DNA of 64,000 nt from Candidatus Eiseniibacteriota bacterium (GCA_043808325.1 JAZDEY010000031.1:10997-74996), one strand, 5' to 3'; numbered from the stretch's first letter, positions 27,039 to 36,673 are shown. The notes: generated by a model not told the origin, from the letters alone. Numbers and translations: made by a program.

Positions 27039-28037
27039 TTGTCCGACGTGGTTCTCTATTCAGCCTTGAGTCTCACGACGATGGGCGCGGCATTCGGTGT
27101 GTTGCTTGCGCTTGCTGCCAAGAAGTTCGCCGTGGCTCGGGATGAGCGTGTTGAGAGGATCCAGGCGATCCTGCCCGGGGCCAATTGCGGCGGTTGCGGC
27201 TACGCCGGGTGTGAAGGCTTTGCCAAAGCGCTCTTGGCGGGCAAGGTCGATGCCGGCCTGTGTAGCTCCATGGGCGGCGAAACCGCACTCAGGATGGCCG
27301 AGATCCTCGGCCGGGAGGTCACTGAGAAAACTCGGCGGGTCGCCTTTGTCGGCTGCAAAGGCGGCAGTCGCGTCAGGCCCAGGGTCGACTACCGGGGAGT
27401 GCGTTCATGCACGGCTTTGGTGCTCTTGACGGAGAACCTCAGAGAGTGCCGCTACGGCTGCATCGGGCTCGGAACCTGTGTCGAAGCTTGTCACTTCGAC
27501 GCCATCGCCATGGTCGACGGCTGTGCGGTGGTTGATGATTCCAGGTGCACGGGCTGCGGCGCTTGCGTCAAGGCCTGTCCCAAGAGGATCATCTCCCTCG
27601 TGCCCGGACCTAAGAAAGTGAGGGTCGCCTGCAGCTCTCACTACGTGAGCAAGGACGTCAGAGCGGTTTGCGACGTCGGATGCATAGCCTGCGCAATCTG
27701 TCGTAAGAACTGTCCCGTCAAGTGTATTGAAATCAGGGCCGACCTCGCCGCCTTGGACCACGAGAAGTGCATAAACTGCGGCATCTGCGCGGCCTTGTGC
27801 CCGACCGGCACCATCGTGGACAGGGTAGCCGCAAGGCCCAAGACTTTCATTGGAACCTCGTGCTCGGGTTGCGGCGAGTGCGTCAAGGTATGCCGGCTCA
27901 AGGCGATTGAAGGAAAGATCGGGAGCAAGCACGCCGTGATTCTCGAGAAGTGCATCGGCTGTGGGCTCTGCATTGATGTCTGCGGTGAGAGGGCCATAAC
28001 GATGGTGGGAGCCCTTGGTCATCAGCGGGACGAGTAG
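27039..28037 (+). CDS. rnfB: Rnf complex subunit B (poly-ferredoxin)
   Basis: N-terminal TM. 'ILPGANCGGCGYAGCEGFAKALLAG' is the RnfB-specific cluster motif. Multiple 4Fe-4S ferredoxin CxxCxxCxxxCP repeats follow. Confidence 0.85.
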   Translation: MSDVVLYSALSLTTMGAAFGVLLALAAKKFAVARDERVERIQAILPGANCGGCGYAGCEGFAKALLAGKVDAGLCSSMGGETALRMAEILGREVTEKTRRVAFVGCKGGSRVRPRVDYRGVRSCTALVLLTENLRECRYGCIGLGTCVEACHFDAIAMVDGCAVVDDSRCTGCGACVKACPKRIISLVPGPKKVRVACSSHYVSKDVRAVCDVGCIACAICRKNCPVKCIEIRADLAALDHEKCINCGICAALCPTGTIVDRVAARPKTFIGTSCSGCGECVKVCRLKAIEGKIGSKHAVILEKCIGCGLCIDVCGERAITMVGALGHQRDE

Positions 28038-28093
28038 CAGGCCTCCTCAAGGCCGGAAGCTTGCTCGGTGTGTTCCCGGGGCGATCGTTTCCT

Positions 28094-28858
28094 ATGGGTG
28101 AGACGCGCGAGAGGCAGATGACATTCATCGAGCATCTTGAAGAGCTCAGGTGGGTGATCATCTGGATAGTGATCGCGACGGTCGCGGGCAGTGTGGCCGG
28201 GTGGTACGTGTCGGATCGGGTGATAGAGTTCGTCAGCGGCGATCTGGCGAAAATTCTCACCAGGATCTACGGCCCTGGAGTTGAATACAACCTGCATGTC
28301 TTCGAGGTCTCCGAGGCCCTGACTACCAAACTCAAGATCGCCCTTCTTGTTGGGCTCCTCCTGGCACTCCCCTTTAACATCTATAAGATATGGCAGTTCG
28401 TTTCTCCAGGCCTGTTCTCGCGCGAGAAGCGGACCGTGGGGCCCCTGGTGCTGCTGTCGATCGTGCTCTTCTACGCGGGGGTTGTCTTCGCCTATCTGGT
28501 GATGGTGAAGATGACCGTGGCATTTCTCTTTAAGGTGAAACCTGGGCCGGTAGTCGCCACGGTGAGACTGGGCAGCTATACCTCGTTTGTCGCCAAGTTC
28601 GTTCTGACCTTCGGTCTGATCTTCCAGTTGCCGCTGGTGATGGCGGTCCTGGCCTGGGCCGGCATAATTCCCACCAGGATTATGAGAACAGGTTGGAGGT
28701 ATGCGGTGGTAGGAATCCTCGTGGTCGCGGCGATCCTGACCCCACCGGACGTGGTATCCCAGACAATGATGGCAGTGCCTATGCTGCTGCTGTACTGGCT
28801 TGGCTATCTTCTGGCCAAAGTCTTTGAGAGAAAGCGGCGGCAGCGAGATTCGCCTTGA
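28094..28858 (+). CDS. tatC: Twin-arginine translocase subunit TatC
   Basis: 'MTFIEHLEELRWVII' N-terminus and 6-TM TatC pattern. Start chosen at in-frame ATG 28094; ORF-track start is 28061. Confidence 0.85.
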   Translation: MGETRERQMTFIEHLEELRWVIIWIVIATVAGSVAGWYVSDRVIEFVSGDLAKILTRIYGPGVEYNLHVFEVSEALTTKLKIALLVGLLLALPFNIYKIWQFVSPGLFSREKRTVGPLVLLSIVLFYAGVVFAYLVMVKMTVAFLFKVKPGPVVATVRLGSYTSFVAKFVLTFGLIFQLPLVMAVLAWAGIIPTRIMRTGWRYAVVGILVVAAILTPPDVVSQTMMAVPMLLLYWLGYLLAKVFERKRRQRDSP

Positions 28859-28963
28859 CAGCCTCCGCCGGCCCGGTTAGGATAACCAGGGTTGCCTCTG
28901 TGCTCGATCCGCAGAGGCAATTTCTTTGGCTGGTTCCTGGCTGGTTCTTTGCCGAGGGAGACG

Positions 28964-29533
28964 ATGCATCAAGCCGATCCGCATCCCGAGAAAGTCTGCG
29001 TTGCCCAGTTCCTTGACGAGGTTGAGAGCCAGAGCGGCGAGAAGGTCAGGGTCTGCTACCAGTGCGGCAAGTGCTCCGCAGGTTGCCCTGTCGGCTACGC
29101 GATGGATCTGCTTCCCAACCAGGTGATGAGGCTGGTGCAGCTCGGGCTCAAGCATGAGGTCCTGGGCTCTTCCAGCATCTGGCTTTGCGCCTCGTGTGAG
29201 ACCTGCGCTACACGTTGCCCGCGAGAGATAGAAATCGTAAAGGTAATGGATTTCCTGAGGCAGAAGGCCCGGCTCGAGGGATACACCCACGCCGCGAGGG
29301 AGGTCCCCATATTCATACACGCCTTCACCAATAACCTGAAACGCTTTGGGAGGCTCTACGAAGCCGTGCTTGTCGGTTCATATAATCTCACCAGCGGCCA
29401 TCTCACCAAGGACATGGACAAGGCGCCCGCGATGATTCTCAAGCGTAAGATTGCCCTCCTGCCAACCAGGGCCAAAGGCATGGGTAGGGTCAGAGAGATC
29501 ATCAAAAACATCGAGGATTCGAGGAGCCGATGA
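28964..29533 (+). CDS. hdrC: Heterodisulfide reductase subunit C-like (two 4Fe-4S)
   Basis: 'CYQCGKCSAGCPV' and 'CASCETCATRCP' cluster motifs with HdrC spacing. Confidence 0.8.
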   Translation: MHQADPHPEKVCVAQFLDEVESQSGEKVRVCYQCGKCSAGCPVGYAMDLLPNQVMRLVQLGLKHEVLGSSSIWLCASCETCATRCPREIEIVKVMDFLRQKARLEGYTHAAREVPIFIHAFTNNLKRFGRLYEAVLVGSYNLTSGHLTKDMDKAPAMILKRKIALLPTRAKGMGRVREIIKNIEDSRSR

Positions 29534-30405
29534 AGTTCGCTTTCTATCCCGGGTGCTCCCTCGAGTCATCCGCCACGGAGTACCGGGCCTCGACCGAGCT
29601 TGTGACCCGTACACTTGGAATCGAGCTTGAAGAGATTCCGGGCTGGATATGCTGCGGTTCGACCCCGGTTCACATGTCGGACAAACTCCTGGGAATAGCA
29701 CTTCCGGCGGATTCGCTGCTTCAGGCTGAGAGAATGAAGACCGACGGGGTGCTGGTGAGCTGTGCCTCGTGCTACAGCAGGCTAAAGGCCGCCAATCACG
29801 CCATCAAGACCAATGAGCGGATTCGCCACGAGGTTGGTCAGGCTTTGGGGGTGGATTATCAGGGTAACGTGCCCGTATATCACATGTTGGAGATCGCGGC
29901 CAAGGCCGCGGCCGCGCCCGACTTCGAAGCCAAGATAAAGCGCAAACTCAAAGGTCTCAAGGTTGCGAGCTACTATGGATGCCTGCTTGTCCGCCCGCCT
30001 GAGATCACGGGTTTTGATGACCCGGAAGATCCCCAGTCGCTGGACAGGATTGTCGCAGCTCTGGGGGCCGAGCCCATCAAGTGGCGGTCCAAGGTGGAGT
30101 GCTGCGGTGCAGCCCTGGCTTTCACTCATGCCGACATTGTGCTCAAACTCTCCGGCGAGATTCTCGAAGATGCCAAGGATAGTGGCGCGGATGTGGTCAT
30201 TGCGGCGTGCCCTCTCTGCCATTCCAACCTGGACTTGAGACAGCGCAGCATCGAGAAGTACCTCGGGGTTGATCTTGAGGTCCCGGTGCTTTACTTCACC
30301 CAGCTTCTGGGCCTCGCGTTTGGATACTCGGCCGGCCAACTGGGGCTCGGCAAGCACATGGTCAGCCCGGTCCCGGTCTTGAAGAGACGCGGCATTCATG
30401 TCTGA
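29530..30405 (+). CDS. hdrB: Heterodisulfide reductase subunit B-like (two CCG domains)
   Basis: 'FYPGCSLESS...WICCGSTP' and second 'YYGCLLVRP...VECCGAAL' CCG-domain cysteine patterns. Confidence 0.8.
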   Translation: MKFAFYPGCSLESSATEYRASTELVTRTLGIELEEIPGWICCGSTPVHMSDKLLGIALPADSLLQAERMKTDGVLVSCASCYSRLKAANHAIKTNERIRHEVGQALGVDYQGNVPVYHMLEIAAKAAAAPDFEAKIKRKLKGLKVASYYGCLLVRPPEITGFDDPEDPQSLDRIVAALGAEPIKWRSKVECCGAALAFTHADIVLKLSGEILEDAKDSGADVVIAACPLCHSNLDLRQRSIEKYLGVDLEVPVLYFTQLLGLAFGYSAGQLGLGKHMVSPVPVLKRRGIHV

Positions 30406-30414
30406 GGGGTATAG

Positions 30415-32406
30415 ATGGCGCGAATAGGCGTTTTCATCTGCTGGTGCGGCTCTAACATCGCCGCCACCGTTGACGTAAAAGCGGTGGCAGAGGCCGCTCG
30501 GAGCTTTCCCGGGGTGGCGCACTCGGTCGAATACAAGTACATGTGCTCCGATCCCGGCCAGGGAATGATCAAGCAGGCAATTCAAGATAAGCACCTGACC
30601 GGCGTGGTGGTCGCCGCCTGCTCACCGCGGATGCATGAGACCACCTTCAGGCGGCTCGCTCTGGCGAGCGGACTCAATCCCTACCTGGTTGAGATGGCGA
30701 ACATAAGGGAGCACTGCTCCTGGGTTCATGAGGACAGGCGGCTGGCAACCGCCAAGGCGATCGAGACGGTGCAGATGCTGGTCGAGAAAGTGAAGCGCAA
30801 CGTCCCTCTTGAGGAGATCAGAGTGCCGGTAAAGCGGAGAGCGCTGGTCGTGGGTGGCGGCGTCGCCGGAATCCAGGCCGCACTTGACATCGTAAATGCA
30901 GGGATCGACGTAGTCCTGGTGGAGCGTTCCCCATCGATTGGCGGGCACATGGCGCAGTTGGACGAGACCTTCCCCACGCTGGATTGCTCCCAGTGCATTC
31001 TCACGCCTAAGATGGTAGACCTGGCCCAGAATCGGCGGGCCAAGATCTACACGTATGCCGAGGTCGAAAGTGTGAAAGGCTTCGTGGGTAATTTCAAGGT
31101 CACCATTCGGCAGAAGGCGAAGACCGTCGATCCCTCCAAGTGCACAGGCTGCGGTCTTTGCGTGGAGAAGTGTCCCACCAGTCTTGCGAGCGAGTTCGAC
31201 TGCGGGCTCGCCAAGCGCACGGCGATCTACGTTCCTTTTCCTCAAGCAGTTCCCAATAAGCCGGTGATCGACCGGTCGACCTGTCTGTGGTTCACCAAGG
31301 GGCGGTGCAAGGTGTGCGAGAAGGTCTGCCCTGCCGGGGCCGTCGACTTCGCGGACAAGGATCGTCTCGTCGAAGAGGAGGTGGGGGCGATCGTGGTCGC
31401 CACGGGTTATGACCTGATTGATCGCGGCCTCTACGGTGAATACGGGTACGGCAAGATCCCCGACGTGATCGATGGGCTGCAGTTCGAGCGCATGCTCAGC
31501 GCCTCGGGGCCTACCGGCGGGCGCCTGGTCAAGCCCTCGACCGGAGAGACGCCCAAGACCGTCGTTTTTATTCAGTGCGTGGGCTCCAGGGACGACTCCA
31601 AGGGCCTGCCCTATTGCTCGAGAATCTGCTGCATGTACACGGCCAAGCACGCGATGCTCTTCAAGCACAAGGTCAAAGACGGGAGGGCCTACATCTTCTA
31701 TATTGATATCCGAGCGGGCGGCAAGGGCTACGAGGAATTTGTCAAGCGCGCCGTCGATGAGGACCGCGTGGTCTATCTGAGAGGACGCGTCTCACGAATC
31801 TATGAGAAGAACGGCAGTGTGATAGTCAAAGGAGCCGACACGCTCTCGGGCCAGCAGGTGGAGATAAAGGCCGATCTGGTGGTGCTTGCCACCGGGATCA
31901 CTGCCTCTCAGGGCGCCAAGGAACTTGCCCAGAAGCTGCGGGTAGGTTTCGATCAGTATGGCTTCTTGACCGAGGCGCATCCGAAGCTGCGGCCGGTCGA
32001 GACCAATACGCCGGGCATCTTTCTTGCGGGCGCTTGCCAGGCTCCGAAGGATATCCCAGACACGGTCTCTCAGGCCGGCGCCGCCGCGAGCAAAGTGCTG
32101 GGGCTCTTGTCGGCGAGCGAGCTGGTCCGCGAGCCCCTTGTTGCAGAGGTCGATGAGGCGGTCTGCATCGGTTGTTTCGCCTGTGAGAGCACCTGTCCCT
32201 ATGGCGCAGTCGAACACACGACGCGCAAGGATGCCGAGACCGGAGCCGAAGTGGAAGTTGCCACGGTGAATCCCGGAGTCTGTGAGGGCTGTGGCGCCTG
32301 CATCCCGGTATGCAGGCCGAAAGCCGTGGATCTTGAAGGTTTCAGTGAAGAGCAAATCTATCGTGAAATCAATGCCTTATCAGATACGATTAAAGTAAAG
32401 GAATAA
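30415..32406 (+). CDS. hdrA: Heterodisulfide reductase subunit A-like flavoprotein (FAD + multiple Fe-S)
   Basis: N-terminal 'IGVFICWCGSNIA'. FAD-binding 'ALVVGGGVAGIQAALD'. Ferredoxin motifs 'CTGCGLCVEKCP', 'CIGCFACESTCP', 'CEGCGACIPVC'. Confidence 0.85.
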   Translation: MARIGVFICWCGSNIAATVDVKAVAEAARSFPGVAHSVEYKYMCSDPGQGMIKQAIQDKHLTGVVVAACSPRMHETTFRRLALASGLNPYLVEMANIREHCSWVHEDRRLATAKAIETVQMLVEKVKRNVPLEEIRVPVKRRALVVGGGVAGIQAALDIVNAGIDVVLVERSPSIGGHMAQLDETFPTLDCSQCILTPKMVDLAQNRRAKIYTYAEVESVKGFVGNFKVTIRQKAKTVDPSKCTGCGLCVEKCPTSLASEFDCGLAKRTAIYVPFPQAVPNKPVIDRSTCLWFTKGRCKVCEKVCPAGAVDFADKDRLVEEEVGAIVVATGYDLIDRGLYGEYGYGKIPDVIDGLQFERMLSASGPTGGRLVKPSTGETPKTVVFIQCVGSRDDSKGLPYCSRICCMYTAKHAMLFKHKVKDGRAYIFYIDIRAGGKGYEEFVKRAVDEDRVVYLRGRVSRIYEKNGSVIVKGADTLSGQQVEIKADLVVLATGITASQGAKELAQKLRVGFDQYGFLTEAHPKLRPVETNTPGIFLAGACQAPKDIPDTVSQAGAAASKVLGLLSASELVREPLVAEVDEAVCIGCFACESTCPYGAVEHTTRKDAETGAEVEVATVNPGVCEGCGACIPVCRPKAVDLEGFSEEQIYREINALSDTIKVKE

Positions 32407-32414
32407 GACGTCCC

Positions 32415-32879
32415 ATGGCCGACTTCAAGCCCCGCATAATCGCTTTTCTGTGCAACTGGTGCTCCTACGCCGGGGCGGATCTGGCGGGAACCACGCGCGT
32501 CAAGCACCGGGCTGATGTCCGGGTGATCAGGGTCCCATGTTCCGGCCGGATCGATCCCAGTTTCGTCCTGAAGGCCTTCGAACGTGGGGCGGACGGGGTG
32601 ATCGTCGGAGGTTGTCATCCGGGTGACTGTCACTATGTGAAAGGCAATCTGAACGCGCGACGACGCTTCCTGCTCCTCAGGCACCTTCTGGGTTTTCTGG
32701 GTATCGCCCCGGAGCGCTTCCAGGTCACCTGGTGCTCGGCGGCCGAAGGCGGTAAGTGGGCAGGTGTGGTCAATGATGTATGTGAGGCCGTGGAGAAGCT
32801 CGGGCCTCTGGAGGGCCTGAGGGAGATGTCGGGTTCAATCAGGGCCCCCGATAAGGAGATAGATCTCAGTGCCGAGTGA
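32415..32879 (+). CDS. flxD: MvhD/FlxD-like hydrogenase delta-subunit-type 2Fe-2S protein
   Basis: 'IIAFLCNWCSYAGADLAG...RVIRVPCSGRIDPSFVLKAFERGADGVIVGGCHPGDCHY' is the MvhD domain. Confidence 0.8.
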   Translation: MADFKPRIIAFLCNWCSYAGADLAGTTRVKHRADVRVIRVPCSGRIDPSFVLKAFERGADGVIVGGCHPGDCHYVKGNLNARRRFLLLRHLLGFLGIAPERFQVTWCSAAEGGKWAGVVNDVCEAVEKLGPLEGLREMSGSIRAPDKEIDLSAE

Positions 32880-33753
32880 TGCGGAGTCGATCTTGAGGGA
32901 ACGGGCCAGGGACCTGCTTGCCAAGGGACAGGTGAGACTTGTCCTGGGTTACGGCAAGACTCACTCGGGCGAAGGTGTGCGGCCCCAACTGGTCGAGAAG
33001 CCCGAGGAGGCCGCGAGTCTGGTCTGGAACGCCGGGTGTGTGCAGAACCTTTCGACCTATCTCACGCGGGAGCCCAGTCTAGGCATAATCCAGAAGGGTG
33101 GCAGAGTCGCAGTGGTGGCCAAGGGCTGCGACGCCCGGGCGATAGTCGGGCTGATCCAGGAAAAGCAGCTCAAGCGGGAAGCGGTCGTGGTGCTCGGGAT
33201 GGTGTGTGACGGAGTGGTGACAGGGGAGGCCGGTGGGGCCGGCGTGCCCTCGAAGTGCCGCCAGTGTGAGTGGCACACACCTCCCATCTTCGATGAACTG
33301 ATTGGAGACAAGGCTGCCACAAGATCCAAAGAAGGCGATCCCCTGGCCGACATCAAGCGGATCGAGCAGATGTCGGAGGCGAAGCGGTGGGCATTCTGGA
33401 CCTCGGAACTCTCCAGGTGCATCAAGTGCTATGCGTGTCGCCAGGCCTGTCCGATGTGCTACTGCAAGGAGTGCATCACCGAGAAGTCACGACCCCAGTG
33501 GATAGAGAAGTCATCGTCGCTCCGAGGCAATCTCGCATACCACTTCATCCGCGCTATGCATCTCGCCGGCAGATGCATTGCCTGTGAGGAATGCCGGCGT
33601 GCTTGTCCGATGGGCATACCGGTGGATCTGCTCTCGCGATTCCTTTCCGCGAAAGCGGAGGAGGCCTTCGGCTACAAGCCGGGCTCCGATCCCAAGGCTG
33701 AGCCCTTCTTTGTGACATCTAAAGACAGTGATCCGGATGACTTCATAAGGTAA
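32869..33753 (+). CDS. flxC: Iron-sulfur cluster-binding protein (FlxC-like)
   Basis: Cys-rich motifs 'CRQCEW', 'CIKCYACRQACPMCYCKEC', 'CIACEECRRACP'. Positioned between the flxD-like and flxB-like genes. Confidence 0.55.
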   Translation: MPSDAESILRERARDLLAKGQVRLVLGYGKTHSGEGVRPQLVEKPEEAASLVWNAGCVQNLSTYLTREPSLGIIQKGGRVAVVAKGCDARAIVGLIQEKQLKREAVVVLGMVCDGVVTGEAGGAGVPSKCRQCEWHTPPIFDELIGDKAATRSKEGDPLADIKRIEQMSEAKRWAFWTSELSRCIKCYACRQACPMCYCKECITEKSRPQWIEKSSSLRGNLAYHFIRAMHLAGRCIACEECRRACPMGIPVDLLSRFLSAKAEEAFGYKPGSDPKAEPFFVTSKDSDPDDFIR

Positions 33754-33760
33754 AGATAAG

Positions 33761-34807
33761 GTGAAGGTGATGGCGTCTAAGGAAGACATCTTGGGAATCG
33801 TCGATGCTGCCCGAGGCAAAGGCTACGCGGTTTTTGCCCCGGTCAAGCGGGACAACCTGGTGTTCCTGGCCAGAGTTGACGATACTGCCTCGATCGATTT
33901 CGATCATGTGCTCACCGTGACGAGCCTCAAGGATGTTCTGCTGCCGAGGTGTGAAGCGGTGGCAAAGCTGGACCTGGACGAGGCAAGCGCGGCGCCGCCC
34001 GAGGAGGCCCGAGAGGCGACCCTCATCTTCGGCTCGCGGCCGTGCGATGCGGCCGGAGCGAGCATCCTGGACGCGATCCTCTTGGGGCCGATAGGCGACG
34101 CGCACTATGCGCGGCGGCGCGAGAGAACCGTTATCGTGACTCTCGCCTGCTCCAGGTCCGACCAGGCTTGCTTCTGCTGGTCGATGGGTTACGGTCCGCA
34201 TGACCCTACGGGGAGCGACGTCCTCATATTGCCGGCGGGTGGCCGGTTCGAAGTGAAGGCGATCACCGGGAAGGGCAAAGCGTTTCTTGAGGGAATCGGT
34301 TTCGCGGATAAGGATCTAGAGCGAGGCGGCGGCAGTGTCGGCGCTGTGGATGCGCCCCCTACCCTGAGCCGTAAAGTTGAGATAACGGAACTCAAGGCTT
34401 GGCTCGATTGCAATTTCGATAGTCCCTTGTGGCGGGCGGTGTCCGAGAACTGTGTCAGTTGCGGGACCTGTTATTACCTTTGTCCCACCTGCCACTGTTT
34501 CGATATCGTCGATGAGACCGGTCTCTCCAAGGGTGATCGAATGAGAATCTGGGATTGCTGTTCCTTCTCGGGTTTCACCAAGATGGCGGGCCATCAGCCG
34601 CGGCTCGGTAGACACGCGAGGTACCGGCAGCGGGTGATGCACAAGTTTAGTTATTGCGTCGATAATGTCGGCAAGGTGGCGTGCGTTGGGGACGGCAGGT
34701 GCATCCGGCATTGTCCTTATGGCGTGGATATCTGCGAAGTGCTGGAGGACCTGGCCGGGGGGCATAGGAAAGAAGCGGGCGGCGGTAGCCAGGGAACCGG
34801 GAAGTAG
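33761..34807 (+). CDS. flxB: AsrA/HydB-like Fe-S oxidoreductase subunit (FlxB-like)
   Basis: N-terminus 'KEDILGIVDAARGKGYAVFAPV' and C-terminal 'CVSCGTCYYLCPTCHCFD' resemble anaerobic sulfite reductase subunit A / sulfhydrogenase beta. Confidence 0.6.
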   Translation: MKVMASKEDILGIVDAARGKGYAVFAPVKRDNLVFLARVDDTASIDFDHVLTVTSLKDVLLPRCEAVAKLDLDEASAAPPEEAREATLIFGSRPCDAAGASILDAILLGPIGDAHYARRRERTVIVTLACSRSDQACFCWSMGYGPHDPTGSDVLILPAGGRFEVKAITGKGKAFLEGIGFADKDLERGGGSVGAVDAPPTLSRKVEITELKAWLDCNFDSPLWRAVSENCVSCGTCYYLCPTCHCFDIVDETGLSKGDRMRIWDCCSFSGFTKMAGHQPRLGRHARYRQRVMHKFSYCVDNVGKVACVGDGRCIRHCPYGVDICEVLEDLAGGHRKEAGGGSQGTGK

Positions 34808-34813
34808 GAAGAG

Positions 34814-35653
34814 GTGGAGCGCGTGCAAGAGGATCTCGTACCCAAGATCGTGCGCGTCATAGAGGTGAGGCAGGAGACGCCTGACATAAGGTCGGTGAAA
34901 CTTGCCCTCGAGAACTCCGGCCGGCAGGCCCATTTCACCTTCAAGCCGGGACAGTTCTGCCTGGTCTCGGTCTTGGGCACGGGGGAATCGGCTTTCTGTA
35001 TTGCATCGCCTCTTTCCGAGACGGATTCGATCGAGATAAGCGTCAAGAAGGTGGGGACAGTGACCGCGGCGGTGCATGACCTCGAGGTCGGAGATAAGGT
35101 CGGCCTGCGTGGCCCATATGGCAACTGGTTTCCGTTCGATGCGATGCTTGGCCGGGATGTGGTCTTTGTGGGTGGTGGGATCGGGCTTGCGCCCCTGAGA
35201 CCTTTGATCTGGCAGACGCTGGCTGCGAGAGATAGGTTCAAAGGCGTTTACATCATATACGGTGCCAGGACCGCCGCGGACCAGGTCTATAAGAACGAGA
35301 TTGCCGACTGGGGCAAGCGCAAGGACATCAAACTCACCAAGACAGTCGACCCCGGAGGGGAGAATCCCGGTTGGGACGGTGAGGTCGGGCTTGTACCCAA
35401 GGTGCTCGAGAAAGTGAACCCTCCGCCGGATGCGGTCCTCATAACCTGTGGCCCACCGATCATGATCAAGTTTGTAATAATCGCGGCGACCGGGCTTGGT
35501 TTCAAGCCCGAGGATGTCGTTACCACGCTCGAAATGAAGATGAAGTGCGGCGTCGGCCTTTGCGGACGATGCAACATCGGCAGACGCTACGTCTGCAAGG
35601 ATGGACCGGTCTTCACTCTCAAAGAGATTCAGTCTCTTCCCGATGAGTTCTAA
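34814..35653 (+). CDS. flxA: AsrB/HydG/PyrK-like FAD/NAD(P)H-binding 2Fe-2S oxidoreductase subunit (FlxA-like)
   Basis: FNR-like fold ('FKPGQFCLV', 'VFVGGGIGLAPL') and C-terminal cluster 'CGVGLCGRCNIGRRYVCKDGPVF'. Confidence 0.65.
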   Translation: MERVQEDLVPKIVRVIEVRQETPDIRSVKLALENSGRQAHFTFKPGQFCLVSVLGTGESAFCIASPLSETDSIEISVKKVGTVTAAVHDLEVGDKVGLRGPYGNWFPFDAMLGRDVVFVGGGIGLAPLRPLIWQTLAARDRFKGVYIIYGARTAADQVYKNEIADWGKRKDIKLTKTVDPGGENPGWDGEVGLVPKVLEKVNPPPDAVLITCGPPIMIKFVIIAATGLGFKPEDVVTTLEMKMKCGVGLCGRCNIGRRYVCKDGPVFTLKEIQSLPDEF

Positions 35654-35658
35654 GCCTG

Positions 35659-36588
35659 ATGACGTCTGAGGCTCGCCGGCCCGCCCGCCCGGCAAGGCTC
35701 GGCCTGTGGCTTCGCGCCCTAAGAGCACCCTTCCTCACGGCATCGGGAATCCCTGTTCTGGTCGGTGCGTCTGCCGCCTTCTGGAAGACCGGGGATTTCG
35801 ATCTCATGCGTCTGGCGCTGGCGCTCGGAGGCGTGCTCGCCCTCCACCTGGGCGCCAATCTGGCAAACGATTACTTCGACTGGCGCACAGGCTGCGACCA
35901 GCTTAACCCCGAGCCTACTCCGTTCTCGGGAGGCAGCCGCGTGATTCAGGAGGGACTTATCTCTTCGGCGGCGATCCTGGCCGTCTCATGCCTCTTTTTC
36001 GGGCTGGGGGCGGTTCTCGGTCTCGTGCTCAATACCATGGTCGCGGGCAACAGGGTCCTGTGGCTGGGGGTTGCCGGCGTCGCAGGCGGATTCGCATACT
36101 CTGCGGCGCCCTTTAAGCTCAGCTACCGTGGGATTGGGGAGCCGGTGGTGTTCGCCCTGTTCGGTCCTCTGGCTGTTGCGGGCAGCTATCTGGTCCAAAC
36201 AGGGACCCTGTCCGGTTTCGCGCTGCTGGCGTCTCTGCCCTCCGGGCTGATGGTGCTCGCGATTCTCCTGGTGAACGAGGTCTTGGACGTCAAATGGGAT
36301 CGCGAAGCCCACAAGCGGACGCTGGTGGTGGCGCTCGGCGAGCGGCGCGGCTACTTGCTCTTTCTTGCGGTGTATCTTGCGGCTTATGGATCGCTCGCGG
36401 TCGGACTCTTGACGAAGGTATTCCCGCCGGTGGCAGGACTGGGATTCTTGCCGGTCGCCGTCTGGGTGAGAGCGCTGCTGCCTCGTAACGCCCTGAGTGA
36501 CCGCGCGCACACCATCGGCGCGAGCCGGGCTGCCATCGTCTCACATACGGCGAGCGGTATCGCGATCGCAATCGCCTACCTCGTCTGA
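35659..36588 (+). CDS. UbiA-family prenyltransferase, MenA-like (1,4-dihydroxy-2-naphthoate polyprenyltransferase)
   Basis: Polytopic membrane protein with 'LANDYFDWRTG' and the 'DxxxD'-type second motif region. ~300 aa. Confidence 0.7.
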   Translation: MTSEARRPARPARLGLWLRALRAPFLTASGIPVLVGASAAFWKTGDFDLMRLALALGGVLALHLGANLANDYFDWRTGCDQLNPEPTPFSGGSRVIQEGLISSAAILAVSCLFFGLGAVLGLVLNTMVAGNRVLWLGVAGVAGGFAYSAAPFKLSYRGIGEPVVFALFGPLAVAGSYLVQTGTLSGFALLASLPSGLMVLAILLVNEVLDVKWDREAHKRTLVVALGERRGYLLFLAVYLAAYGSLAVGLLTKVFPPVAGLGFLPVAVWVRALLPRNALSDRAHTIGASRAAIVSHTASGIAIAIAYLV

Positions 36589-36625
36589 CCCAAGGGCCCA
36601 GCCTCAAGATCGCCCATCCCTTCGT

Positions 36626-36654
36626 TTGACAAAACGCGAGGGCGGTATTAGGAT
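36626..36654 (+). promoter_or_regulatory. Candidate sigma70-type promoter upstream of the polyprenyl synthase gene (TTGACA-17 bp-TAGGAT)
   Basis: 'TTGACAaaacgcgagggcggtatTAGGAT'. Perfect -35, 17-bp spacer, weak -10. By-eye motif match only. Confidence 0.3.
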
Positions 36655-36673
36655 TTGGCAAACGAGGGCGACG

